A stretch of 64,000 nt of DNA, from positions 1-64,000 of the IMG/VR virus record IMGVR_UViG_3300025593_000028; one strand, given 5' to 3'. Below are positions 19,217 through 28,530 of this stretch, piece after piece. The position numbers were made by a program, and so were the translations under genes. The notes below the pieces were generated by a model that was not told the DNA's origin, did no database searches, and worked only from the letters and a program-made list of their open reading frames with translations. The DNA comes from a virus. Numbering within the stretch: position 1 is the stretch's first letter; each line of letters opens with the position of its first letter.

Positions 19217-20601
19217 CGCGAGAGCTCGAGATCCCGATCGACCCGGCGCACGCCGCCGAGGTGCAGGGCGACCCGGAGAAAGCGCGCGAGCTGGCGCTCT
19301 GCATGACGAGCTTCCGCAAGTTCCTCTACCACTGGAGGTTCATCGACCTCGAGACGGGGAAGATCAGGATCCTCGGCGAGGAGGTGTGGTCGGGCCAGGA
19401 GCAGGTGATCGAAGCGATGGAGCACTGCCCGCGCTTCTACAACCTCAAGGCGAGGAAGCTCGGGGTCACGACGCTGGCCTGCGCGTTCGACGGTTGGAGG
19501 GTGCGGTTCGGCCCCCCGAACGGCCGCACGCACCTCTTCTCCCGTCGGGAAGACGCGGCCAAGGAGCTGCTCGACCAGGTCCACTACGGGCTCAAGAACC
19601 TGCCCGACTGGATGCGGCTCCCCGCGAAGGGCACCGCATACCAGGTCAAATACAACGCGGGCCCCGACGACGTCCGCACGCTGAAGAGCTACCCCGCGTC
19701 AGAAGAGACCGCGGTCGAGTCCAACTGCATCCACGGTCACGTGGACGAGTGGGCGCGGATGAAGAACCCAGAAGCGGTCTGGCAGGCCATCGAGCCGTCG
19801 ATGGCGGGGACCTGCCACCTCATCACGACCGGCCGAGGGCCGGAGAACTTCACGGCCAAATTCTGGCGCAGGTGCGAAGCAGAGGAAACCGAGTTCGTGC
19901 CGATCTTCGTCTCGGCCCTGAACCGCCCGGACAGGGACGCACACTGGCTCGAGATCAAACGCGCCGGCATGACGGAGCAGGCCTTCCGCCAGGAGTTCCC
20001 GCTCGACGCCGAGGACGCGATGTTCGCCGGCGGCGAGCTCGTCTTCCAGGGCCGCGACGTGGAAGCGGCTGGGAACGGGCCCGGCCCGACGGCACCGGAG
20101 GACAGGCACCGCTACGTCAAGTCTTGGGACATCGGCCGGCACAAGGACGCGGCGGTGGGCGTGGTGATCGACACGAGCGTGGAGCCCGCGCAGGTCGTCG
20201 AGTACGTGCGCCTGCGGGGCGTGCCCTACCCGAGCCTCCAGGCCAGGATCGAGCGCGTGCACAACAAGTACCCGGGCGTGACGATCGTCGAGCAGAACGG
20301 CCCCGGCGAGGCCGTGTTCGAGAACCTAGACATCCGCGAAGAGGAGAAGGAGCTCTTCAAGACGACCCAGCAGTCGAAGGCCCGGATCATCGAGGGCTTG
20401 CAGCTCGCGCTCGAGGGCAAAGCGATCCAGTGGTCAGCTGCGTCCTGGCCGCAGCTCGACGCGGAGGTCCGCACCTACCAGCTGCCCGACAAGGGGATCG
20501 TGCAGGACTCTGTGATGGCGCTCGCGATCGGCGTCTCGTCGATCAACGTCGCGCTCTCCTCTCGCACGGGACGCGTCGGGAAGATCGTCCGCTGGAGCTA
20601 G
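19213..20601 (+). CDS. terL: terminase large subunit
   Basis: LKARKLGVTT Walker A, HVDEWA Walker B, FRQEFP, WDIG...D and QDSVMALA RNaseH-like nuclease motifs. Confidence 0.92.
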   Translation: MTRELEIPIDPAHAAEVQGDPEKARELALCMTSFRKFLYHWRFIDLETGKIRILGEEVWSGQEQVIEAMEHCPRFYNLKARKLGVTTLACAFDGWRVRFGPPNGRTHLFSRREDAAKELLDQVHYGLKNLPDWMRLPAKGTAYQVKYNAGPDDVRTLKSYPASEETAVESNCIHGHVDEWARMKNPEAVWQAIEPSMAGTCHLITTGRGPENFTAKFWRRCEAEETEFVPIFVSALNRPDRDAHWLEIKRAGMTEQAFRQEFPLDAEDAMFAGGELVFQGRDVEAAGNGPGPTAPEDRHRYVKSWDIGRHKDAAVGVVIDTSVEPAQVVEYVRLRGVPYPSLQARIERVHNKYPGVTIVEQNGPGEAVFENLDIREEEKELFKTTQQSKARIIEGLQLALEGKAIQWSAASWPQLDAEVRTYQLPDKGIVQDSVMALAIGVSSINVALSSRTGRVGKIVRWS

Positions 20602-20603
20602 TC

Positions 20604-20631
20604 GGCCCCCGCCTGCCGAGCGACGGGGGCC
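20604..20631 (+). terminator. GC hairpin after terL
   Basis: GGCCCCCG...CGGGGGCC inverted repeat. Confidence 0.45.
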
Positions 20632-20671
20632 GGTCAGATCCTACCCATGGGTATGATCTGATCGACCGAAG

Positions 20672-21162
<491 letters not shown>

Positions 21163-21166
<4 letters not shown>

Positions 21167-21276
21167 CGACGTTCCTCGAGATACTCGGCATCGTCCTCGG
21201 GCTCGGGGTCCTAGGCGCGATCGTCTTCGGGGCGGTCAAGATCCTGCGGGCGCTCTCGCAGTGGGGTGAAATGTAG
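21163..21276 (+). CDS. small membrane protein
   Basis: VTTFLEILGIVLGLGVLGAIVFGAV; GTGA overlap. Confidence 0.55.
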
Positions 21277-21304
21277 CTCGAGCACCTGGTACGATCCACC
21301 CCAT

Positions 21305-21379
21305 AGCGGGGTGGAGCAGTCCGGTCAGCTCGTCAGGCTCATAACCTGGAGGTCGCGGGTTCGAATCCCGCTCCCGCTA
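21305..21379 (+). tRNA. tRNA-Met(CAT), initiator-like
   Basis: AGCGGGG/TCCCGCT acceptor, GAGC/GCTC D stem (A11-U24), TCAGG-CTCATAA-CCTGG, GCGGG-TTCGAAT-CCCGC; TG-G-TACGAT promoter upstream. Confidence 0.9.
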
Positions 21380-21380
21380 C

Positions 21381-22485
21381 TCACGCAGACGACTGAGCAC
21401 CGGCGTGCTCGAGCTCGGCGAGCCTCTCCATCTCGTCCTGCTCCCTGGGCGACACTCGGTCCGCCGCTCCTTCTACCAGCACCGTGACGTTGGCCACGGC
21501 TTCGGCACGTGCCAGCGGGGCACCATCGCGCACCCGGATGGCGACCTCGATCGGCACCTGCACGGTGAGCGTGTCGATCTTCATCGCGACGGGCCGAGCA
21601 GCATCGAGAGTCGAGACTCGCGCAGGCGCTCGGCGCGCTCGCGTAGGAGCCGTGCTTCTAGCTCGTACGCAGACGCGAGGCCACCGGCCCTCCAGCGCCG
21701 TACCAGTGCGCGCCTGGGCAGCTCATCGCGTATCGCCGAGTGCCAGTTGGCTACGAGCGTGGCGTGCCTCGCGTCGGCCTCCACGCGCTTCTCCTCGGCG
21801 ATCATCTCTCGGAGCCCCTCCATCTGACTACACGGTATCAGGCGCGACGTCTGCGCGTCGGACGACGCGCGTCTTGCGCTTCTCAGCGTCGTACTCTACG
21901 AGGTACTCACCCGGCTCCAGCGGCGGCTCGACCTCGAGCTCTAGCCACCTGCGCAGGTCGGTGCCGACCACGCAGTCCTTCTCTGGGTCTCCGCGCTCGG
22001 AGCAGGCCTCCGGGTGCTCGACGGCCCAGCCCTCCTCGGCGATCGTCAGGAAGTGGTCCCCCTCGGGCGGCTCATAGAGGAGCTCGGCCGCCTCTTCGAG
22101 TACCCCCGGCTCGGGCCGGGAGCCGCCGCGCACCTCGGCGAGCGCCGCGAGCACAAGCTCGCGTGCTAGCTCGGCCCTCTTATAGATCGTCTCGTCAGCC
22201 ACGCCGGTACGGGTTCTCGAGGTCCCAGGGCTCGGAGCCGGGGTCCGGCACCACGTTACGGTGCGAGTCGGGCAGGACGCACAACGTGCTCAGCCGGTCG
22301 GTGCCGGCCTCGCGCAGCGTCAGCACGACCGAAGCGACTCCGGCCTCGTCCACCTCTTCTACCCGGGCCAAGATCGGGGCTTCGTCGAGCCAGTCGCCCG
22401 GCCTGAGGTACCTCGCCTCGACCGTCTGCGAGCCCCTGACGAATATGCGCTGGAGCGGCGGCGCGTAGGGTACGGCCTCTTGCAT
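21381..22485 (-). other. four minus-strand hypothetical ORFs (21381-21584, 21581-21823, 21828-22202, 22195-22485) embedded in the late arm
   Basis: Coupled ORFs; CCTGATACCGT promoter at ~21833-21843. Confidence 0.55.
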
Positions 22486-22650
22486 GTATCCGATCCTACC
22501 CGGCGCCTGGTAAGATCTCGGGCCGTGCAGATAGCGACCGAGGAGGTGAGCGCCCACGGCCTGAGCAGCGCCCGCGCCTGAGCGAAGTCACGTAGCGAGT
22601 GGGCAGAGCAGGACGATGACGCAAGCAACCAAGAGGAGTTGATCTATCAC

Positions 22651-23244
22651 ATGCGCTTCCGAGCGCTAGCAGCATCCGCGGCCATCATAGCCGCGGCCTT
22701 GTTCGCGCTGTTCGCACCGCAGTCAGCGGCGTCGGGCAGCGTAAAGTGCGGCACCCAGACTGCCGCGAAGTTCTCGAAGTGGTCCGGCCGGGTCTGGGAC
22801 CCCGACCGCTGGAGGCGCGGAGCACCGCCACAAGAGACGGTGCGCGCGCAGCGCCGCAAGCTGTCGTGCGCGAGGGGCCCCGGCCACCTACGTGCGATGC
22901 GCGGCCGCTGGAGGCGGGACAAGTCTGCCTTCTACGGCAAGCGCAAGCACTGCCGCTCCGGCCCGGTGTTCTCGGGCGGGGTGTCCGTGTTCGGCGGCCA
23001 GACCACGGCAGACGGCGGGTCGGCCTCCCGGGCCGGGATCGCGCTCAGGTCGAGCGCGACGATGGACCGCATGTTCCTGGTCAAGACGGGCGGCCACTCG
23101 GCCTACCTGAGGCAGATCGACTGGGGCCCAGCAGAAAGCACTGGGCGCGCCATCGACATCACGTTCGCGGGGGCCGCCAAGCTCGGCGGCGTGACCACGG
23201 ACGACCCCGGCACCGCGCGGCTCGTCCCCTCGAGCTGCATGTAG
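22651..23244 (+). CDS. secreted protein with C-terminal RlpA/expansin-like double-psi beta-barrel
   Basis: Signal peptide; TTADG...IDWGP...GRAIDITFAGAAKLG resembles RlpA DRGP...RxIDLS. Confidence 0.65.
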   Translation: MRFRALAASAAIIAAALFALFAPQSAASGSVKCGTQTAAKFSKWSGRVWDPDRWRRGAPPQETVRAQRRKLSCARGPGHLRAMRGRWRRDKSAFYGKRKHCRSGPVFSGGVSVFGGQTTADGGSASRAGIALRSSATMDRMFLVKTGGHSAYLRQIDWGPAESTGRAIDITFAGAAKLGGVTTDDPGTARLVPSSCM

Positions 23245-23259
23245 TATCTAAGACGCAAA

Positions 23260-23335
23260 GAGAGCACGCAGGCCCGGCTCTTCGTGACGCCTGCTACACC
23301 GCCGGGAAGCCCGGATACCGGCGGTCCTAGCTTTC
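23260..23335 (+). ncRNA. candidate three-way-junction ncRNA
   Basis: P1 GAGAGC/GCTTTC, P2 GCAGGC/GCCTGC, P3 ACCGCCGG/CCGGCGGT; TAGTAT element upstream at 23242. Confidence 0.35.
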
Positions 23336-23341
23336 GCTCGT

Positions 23342-23413
23342 TGCGGGGTGGTGTAGCTGGCAGCACGTCTGGCTCTGGACCAGGAGGCGTGGGTTCGAAC
23401 CCTGCCCCCGCAG
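23342..23413 (+). tRNA. tRNA-Gln(CTG)
   Basis: TGCGGGG/CCCCGCA acceptor (U1-A72, G73), TCTGG-CTCTGGA-CCAGG, GGTTCGAAC T loop. Confidence 0.9.
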
Positions 23414-23433
23414 CTCTTTGATACGATGCAGGC

Positions 23434-23506
23434 GGGGCCGCCAGGTACGGCCGGCGAGGCCTAACCAGCCGAGTCGGTGACGCGGGTTCGATTCCCGCCG
23501 GCTCCA
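23434..23506 (+). ncRNA. minimal tmRNA-like RNA (tRNA-like domain only)
   Basis: GGGGCCG/CGGCTCC-A with G3.U70; no D stem; 3' end GACGCGGGTTCGATTCCCGCCGGCTCCA typical of ssrA; TG-A-TACGAT 6 nt upstream. Confidence 0.7.
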
Positions 23507-23540
23507 TCTTCTAGCAGCGCCGAGCAGTAGGGTCAGGACC

Positions 23541-23741
23541 GTGATCGCTATAGTCATATGGATCGCGGCCTGGTTCATCGGGGGCGCGCACTCGTTCGAC
23601 GTCGGAGACAGCTGGTTCTGGTTCCTCGTCGCGGCGTCCGTGCTCTCTGTGTCGCAAGCACTCGCGACGTCGAAGATCGGCCAGACCACGGTGCTCGTGA
23701 ACAACCCACCACAGAACACGGGCGTAGGCGCAGAAGAGTAA
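23541..23741 (+). CDS. small 2-TM membrane protein
   Basis: Hydrophobic segments. Confidence 0.6.
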   Translation: MIAIVIWIAAWFIGGAHSFDVGDSWFWFLVAASVLSVSQALATSKIGQTTVLVNNPPQNTGVGAEE

Positions 23742-23785
23742 GATCGCCTAGGTATGGGCGATCAGATCATCTACGCGGCGCGTGA

Positions 23786-23962
23786 GTGAAGCGGTGGCTG
23801 CTCATACGCGACGTGGTCCTGTTCTTCGCCGGCCTCGGCGGCGTGGCGCACGAGACGCTGCTGACGGGCGCTGGGATCGAACGCCCGACGCTCTTGCTGC
23901 TCTTCGCGGCGATGATGGGGCTGCCGATGTTCCTGCGGGCGGACGAGAGCCGCAAGAAGTGA
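23786..23962 (+). CDS. small 2-TM membrane protein (holin-like)
   Basis: VKRWLLIRDVVLFFAGLGGVAHETL...LLLLFAAMMGLP...RKK; not in the ORF track (<60 aa). Confidence 0.6.
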   Translation: MKRWLLIRDVVLFFAGLGGVAHETLLTGAGIERPTLLLLFAAMMGLPMFLRADESRKK

Positions 23963-24029
23963 TAAGCGACTGGCGCTACAGCATCGCCTACTGCTCAGCG
24001 GTAGCCGCTCTGGTGCTCGGGGTCGGGCT

Positions 24030-24674
24030 GTGGCCGCACTGAAGACCGTGGGCAGGTTCCTCGGGGGCTACCGGGCCTCGGCCGCGTTCATCGGATACGT
24101 GGCGCTCTGCGCGGTCGTCATCGCCGTCGGGCTCCGCGGCGAGGACACGCGCGGGATCGCGAGCCGCGACTGCACGTCGAACCCGCGCAGCCAGACGTGC
24201 ATAGAAGCCAAGGACGAATCTGACCGAGCGCGGTCCGTCAAGAGCACCTGCATCCAGTTCAAGAAGGTGGGCTACCCCTGCCCCAGGCCGCGCAGCCGCG
24301 TGGCCCGCGCCGAGAACCGCCAGCAACAGCACAGCGGATCGAGCACGCCGCAGTCCCAGCCGCAGCCCCCGCCGAGCACCGAGCCGCAGCCTCAGGCCCC
24401 GGACACCGGGGCCGTGGGCAAGCACGGAAACGCGCCCAAGCACCCCGGAAGCAGCAAGAACCCCGTCCCGGAAAGCACCGCGACTGAGCCGAGCCCCAGC
24501 GCACCCCCGTCCGTCTCAGAAGCCCCGCCCGTAGAAGTGCCGCAGCACGCACCCCCCGCCGAAGTAGAACCAGGAGGGCAGGCGGCACCGCCGGTAGAAC
24601 TGCCATCACTCCCGGTGCTCGAAGCGGGAGTGTGCGTAGAAGCACTCGGTCGCGTGAAAGTAGGATGTGACTGA
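24030..24674 (+). CDS. membrane-anchored Pro-rich protein
   Basis: N-terminal TM, Cys pairs, Pro/Gln-rich tail. Confidence 0.6.
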   Translation: MAALKTVGRFLGGYRASAAFIGYVALCAVVIAVGLRGEDTRGIASRDCTSNPRSQTCIEAKDESDRARSVKSTCIQFKKVGYPCPRPRSRVARAENRQQQHSGSSTPQSQPQPPPSTEPQPQAPDTGAVGKHGNAPKHPGSSKNPVPESTATEPSPSAPPSVSEAPPVEVPQHAPPAEVEPGGQAAPPVELPSLPVLEAGVCVEALGRVKVGCD

Positions 24675-25465
24675 TGACGATAGCACTGCCCATCCGAGAG
24701 CGCGTCTCGAAGATGCTCGTGGAGCGGCACGATGCATGCGGAGGAGAGGGGTGCGACGGCTGCGTCGAGGGCCTGGTCCCGCACGAGCACGTAGCGAAGC
24801 GCAGCTTCTCTCGAGACAAGCGGATCCAGCTCGCTAAAGAAGGCAAGGCCGTGCCGGTCCGGCAGGGGGGCAAGATCGTGAACGGTCGCTACCCGATAGA
24901 GACCGCCGGAGACCTCGAGAACGCCGTCCACGCGTTCGGCCGTAGCGGCGGAGACCCGTCCGTGAAAGCGCTGATCGTCAGGAGGGCGCACGCGCTCAAG
25001 CGGCCCGACCTGATCCCGGGCGGCTGGAAGAAGTCGAGCTCCGTCAAGAAGGTCGAGACTTTCTCGAAGCCGGGCACCGCAGACGTCACGCCGCAGGACC
25101 TGAAGCACCTACGCCCGCTGCTCGAGTACTACCGCAAGAAGGCCCACCCCTTCGGAGCCTGCAAGCGAGACCAGATGAAACACGGCCTGTCAGAGGACCA
25201 CGCGAACCGCAGGTGCGCCGTCATCAAGGACCTGATCGAAGGCAACACGCACTGGAGGCACGGCGGGGGCGGCGTGCACAAGGCGATCGACTGGCGCGGC
25301 AGGTCCAAGGTAGTCAAGTCGAGCGGAGACTGGACCCCAGAGGTCGTAGAAGCCCTTGATCGAGTAGCCGACTGCCTCGACTACGACCAGGTCGGCAAGC
25401 GGCGCAAGCGCGCGACCGGCGCGATGAGGCGCCTGGTCGGTGCCGGCGGCGCGCACGACTGCTAG
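24674..25465 (+). CDS. hypothetical phage protein (possibly head-associated)
   Basis: RYPIETAGDLENAVHAFGR and HPFGAC...RRCAVIKD motifs. Confidence 0.6.
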   Translation: MTIALPIRERVSKMLVERHDACGGEGCDGCVEGLVPHEHVAKRSFSRDKRIQLAKEGKAVPVRQGGKIVNGRYPIETAGDLENAVHAFGRSGGDPSVKALIVRRAHALKRPDLIPGGWKKSSSVKKVETFSKPGTADVTPQDLKHLRPLLEYYRKKAHPFGACKRDQMKHGLSEDHANRRCAVIKDLIEGNTHWRHGGGGVHKAIDWRGRSKVVKSSGDWTPEVVEALDRVADCLDYDQVGKRRKRATGAMRRLVGAGGAHDC

Positions 25466-25498
25466 CCTCTACCGAGCAGACCTGATACAGTCCGCTCC

Positions 25499-26527
25499 GT
25501 GGCGGAGGTAGAAAGGGACTACTGGGCGGGGTTCTCGGACTTTGTGCTGGGAGAGACGTGGGCCGGGGGGCCCAGCCCGAACCTGAAGCTCGTGGGCGCG
25601 CTCGCCGACGAGCTCGAGCCGCCCACCAGAGAACACAGGACGTGGCTCGCCTGCTGCTACGCCGCGATCTACAATACGTCCGGGACGGCGGCCCTCTATC
25701 GGCACTGGCCCGACCCGAGCGACGTGATCGCCGACCCCGATCCGGCCGGTTGGATCGAGGAGAACAGGCCCGGGATGCCGGTGCACTCGAACCGGCGCAG
25801 GACGCACGGCTCGCCGCGCAAGATGGCAGAGGGCCTCGAATCTCTCGCTCGGTTCTCGATGTGCGACTACTTCGAACCCGGGGACGACTACGACATGCTC
25901 TGGGACAACGTCCACGAGGTCTCGCACGTGGGCCGCTACTTCGGGATCAAGCTCGCCGGCACCCTGCGCGAGCTCGGCCTCACGGAGGCCGCGCAGTACG
26001 ACATCAGGGGCAACGGAGCGAAGAACGGGCGCCGCACGCTCGCGCTGCTCTACCCCGACGAGGCCGACTCGCTCGACATGAAGTCCGGCGGGAACTCGAG
26101 GCGCGCCGTGCTCCTAGCAGAGGACCGCGCCGCCGAGGTCAAGTCCTGGCTCGAAGACGAGCGCGGCCTCGCGGTAGACTGGTTCCAGCTCGAGGCGCTG
26201 CTTTGCGAGTTCAACCAGATGGTCAAGGGGAACCGCTACGCGGGCAAGACTTCGGACGCCGACTACGACGTGCTGCTCAAGGCCGAGTCCCACTTCGGGG
26301 CCGAGCCGTTCGCGCCGGTCCGCCGCGCGCGAGAGCGGCTGCTCCCGCTCGAGCTCGTCGAGACGAGCAAGCGCGAGAGGCTTCTCCCGGTCTACCGAGA
26401 CTGCGGGTACGTCTGGATCGACGGTTGGCACGACGACGGTGCCACCGACGACCCAGCGGACCCCGCGGTAAGGTCGGACAAGACCCTCAAGCAGGTGCCC
26501 ATCACTACGCCGTGGAGAGGAGACTGA
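25499..26527 (+). CDS. amino acid:DNA transferase-like (aGPT-PPlase/ADDT, HhH-glycosylase fold) DNA hypermodification enzyme
   Basis: HVGRYFGIKL HhH-like segment; FQLEALLCEF...RYAGK resembles the ExxLCE..K/Y.G signature; adjacent P-loop kinase. Confidence 0.7.
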   Translation: MAEVERDYWAGFSDFVLGETWAGGPSPNLKLVGALADELEPPTREHRTWLACCYAAIYNTSGTAALYRHWPDPSDVIADPDPAGWIEENRPGMPVHSNRRRTHGSPRKMAEGLESLARFSMCDYFEPGDDYDMLWDNVHEVSHVGRYFGIKLAGTLRELGLTEAAQYDIRGNGAKNGRRTLALLYPDEADSLDMKSGGNSRRAVLLAEDRAAEVKSWLEDERGLAVDWFQLEALLCEFNQMVKGNRYAGKTSDADYDVLLKAESHFGAEPFAPVRRARERLLPLELVETSKRERLLPVYRDCGYVWIDGWHDDGATDDPADPAVRSDKTLKQVPITTPWRGD

Positions 26528-27015
26528 TGGCGAGGCCCAAGGAGATCGTCGACGGGGTGCTGTGGATGAGCAGCAGCCCGGGCAAGTGGGAGCCGCGCGA
26601 GAAGCGCGACGCGTGGCTGCGCGACAACGGCATCGAGCACGTCGTGGCGCTGTGCAACAGAGACCCGGAGACGCAGGGAGTAGTGCCCGACACCGTGCAT
26701 GCTCCCGTCGTGGACTCGCACAAGACCGTCGCCGGCGCGATCCCTAGGTCGATCGCGCCGACCGTGGCCCAGTGGGTCCGGGACGGGGAGCCCACGCTAG
26801 TGAGCTGCCTAGCCGGCAGGTCCCGCTCAGGGATCACCTGCGGGCTAGTGCTCCGCGAGCTGTACGACCTGTCCGGCGAGGAGGCGCTCGAGCTCCTCCG
26901 CGATCGGCGCCCGCGCGCGATCAAACGCGAGGGCCCGGAAGCATGGTTCAGCGCGCTGCCGAGGCCGAGCGCCGATCCAGAGCCCGACGGATCTGAGACG
27001 ATCGGCACGGTGTGA
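26527..27015 (+). CDS. dual-specificity/PTP-like phosphatase
   Basis: LVSCLAGRSRSG CX5R loop; GIEHVVALC; PVVD acid loop; TGATG overlap. Confidence 0.85.
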   Translation: MARPKEIVDGVLWMSSSPGKWEPREKRDAWLRDNGIEHVVALCNRDPETQGVVPDTVHAPVVDSHKTVAGAIPRSIAPTVAQWVRDGEPTLVSCLAGRSRSGITCGLVLRELYDLSGEEALELLRDRRPRAIKREGPEAWFSALPRPSADPEPDGSETIGTV

Positions 27016-27401
27016 GGACCGGGACCATCTACGGCCTCTGCGACCCCGACGGGACGCTCAGGTACGTGGGGAAGACGGTGCAGCGACCCAGGGAACGGCG
27101 CAGCGGCCTCGTCCGCGAGGCCGTTCAGCGTGGTCGTAGCTGCCCGGTGCACGGGTGGATCCGCGACCTCGTCGAAGCCGGGTCCGGACCCGCGCTCTGG
27201 CTCCTAGAAGAGGGCGTCCCGGTAGGCGACTTGGACGACCGCGAGAAGGCGTGGATCGACGCACTACGCAGCGACGGGATCGAGCTGCTTAACGTGTTCG
27301 CGGGCGGCAACGGCGGCAAGCCGATGCCCAAGCGCAAGAGAGACAGACTGTCGGCGGTCGCCATCGGGCGGCCCCGGCTCGAGAACGGGAGGTTCGCGTG
27401 A
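27012..27401 (+). CDS. GIY-YIG endonuclease
   Basis: TIYGLCDP...RYVGKT...R...E...LLN. Confidence 0.85.
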   Translation: MRTGTIYGLCDPDGTLRYVGKTVQRPRERRSGLVREAVQRGRSCPVHGWIRDLVEAGSGPALWLLEEGVPVGDLDDREKAWIDALRSDGIELLNVFAGGNGGKPMPKRKRDRLSAVAIGRPRLENGRFA

Positions 27402-28012
27402 TCCTCAACCTCAGGGGGCCCAGCGGCTCCGGCAAGAGCTACCCCGGGTTCAGGCTCCTAGACAACTACGGCCCGCCGGTGGAGGAGATCCGGAGCACCG
27501 ACTACTTCGGGAGGAAGCGCCCCAAGCTGATCGCGCAGATCCTGCCGGGCGGGCTCTGCCTAGCCGGCAGGTACACGATGAAGAAGAGCACGGTCGGCGA
27601 CGGCGTCGGGTACTCCGGAGGAGTGGACGGATTCTTCCCGGTAGCAGAACTGCAGGACATGCTGACGATGCTCAGCGACCGCTTCCCACACATGCTCGTC
27701 GAGAGCCTGATGATCAGCGGCACGTACCAGCGCTGGGCCGACTGGGCCGACGAACGGGACGCCGCGGGACAGCCCGTCACCTTCGCGACCCTCGACACGC
27801 CGCTCGAGACCTGCCTGCGCAGGGTGCGTGAGCGAAACGGCGGCCGCGAGGTCAAGGACGACACGATCGCTAAGCACCGCAAGCAGGTGCACAGGTGCGC
27901 GAGCCGCCTCCGCGAGGAGGGCGGGCACAGATCGTTGATCCTAGACCACACGCGCTCCTACGACCAGGTCGAGCACCTGCTGCTCGAGGGCGGCTGGGAC
28001 CCGACACAGTAG
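27398..28012 (+). CDS. P-loop nucleotide kinase (5-hmdU-DNA-kinase-like by context)
   Basis: ILNLRGPSGSGKS, GRY...GGVD, LDTPLETCLRRVRERNG lid. Confidence 0.75.
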   Translation: MILNLRGPSGSGKSYPGFRLLDNYGPPVEEIRSTDYFGRKRPKLIAQILPGGLCLAGRYTMKKSTVGDGVGYSGGVDGFFPVAELQDMLTMLSDRFPHMLVESLMISGTYQRWADWADERDAAGQPVTFATLDTPLETCLRRVRERNGGREVKDDTIAKHRKQVHRCASRLREEGGHRSLILDHTRSYDQVEHLLLEGGWDPTQ

Positions 28013-28038
28013 CCTGACCCACGCCGTAGGATCTCGGC

Positions 28039-28530
28039 GTGGGCACCTACCGATTCAAGAAGGGCTCCTCGAACAGGGAAGCCGTAGACCTGCTGCTCGA
28101 GCTGGCCGACGGCGCGCCTGGGGACGCCACCTACGTCGTCTCCAAGTCGCTGGACGAGAAGCGATACACGTTCGGCCCGCTGTATTCTCCCGGGGTCGAC
28201 GACGCCCACGGCGAGTACGCCGAAGCAGACGACCTGCAGCAGGCACTGTGGGACTACTTCTCGGGCGAAGACAAGCGGCTGCGCAAGCAGCACGGAGAAG
28301 ACGTGATCGGCGACGTCGTAGAACTCGTCCAGTGGCCCTATGAGCTAGACGCCGAGCTCAAAGTAGGAAGCGACGTGCGCAAGTTCAAGCTCCCGGCCGG
28401 CACGGTCTACGCAGGCGTGGTCTGGTCCGAGGACGCGTGGCCAGACGTCAAGAAGGGCAAGATCTCTGGGCTGTCGATGGGCGGTCGAGCCGTCAGGATC
28501 GCAGAGCCTAATCCGGCCGCCTTCGGCTGA
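28039..28530 (+). CDS. XkdF-like prohead serine protease
   Basis: YTFGPLYSPGVDDAHGE...QH...WPDVKKGKISGLSMGG. Confidence 0.8.
   Translation: MGTYRFKKGSSNREAVDLLLELADGAPGDATYVVSKSLDEKRYTFGPLYSPGVDDAHGEYAEADDLQQALWDYFSGEDKRLRKQHGEDVIGDVVELVQWPYELDAELKVGSDVRKFKLPAGTVYAGVVWSEDAWPDVKKGKISGLSMGGRAVRIAEPNPAAFG

Noticed and set aside
23455-23475. CUA in the mini-tmRNA loop as an amber-suppressor anticodon, or AAC as a Val anticodon
   Set aside because: CUA is not centred in the 7-nt loop, no stem supports that register, the position-37 equivalent is C, and there is no D arm
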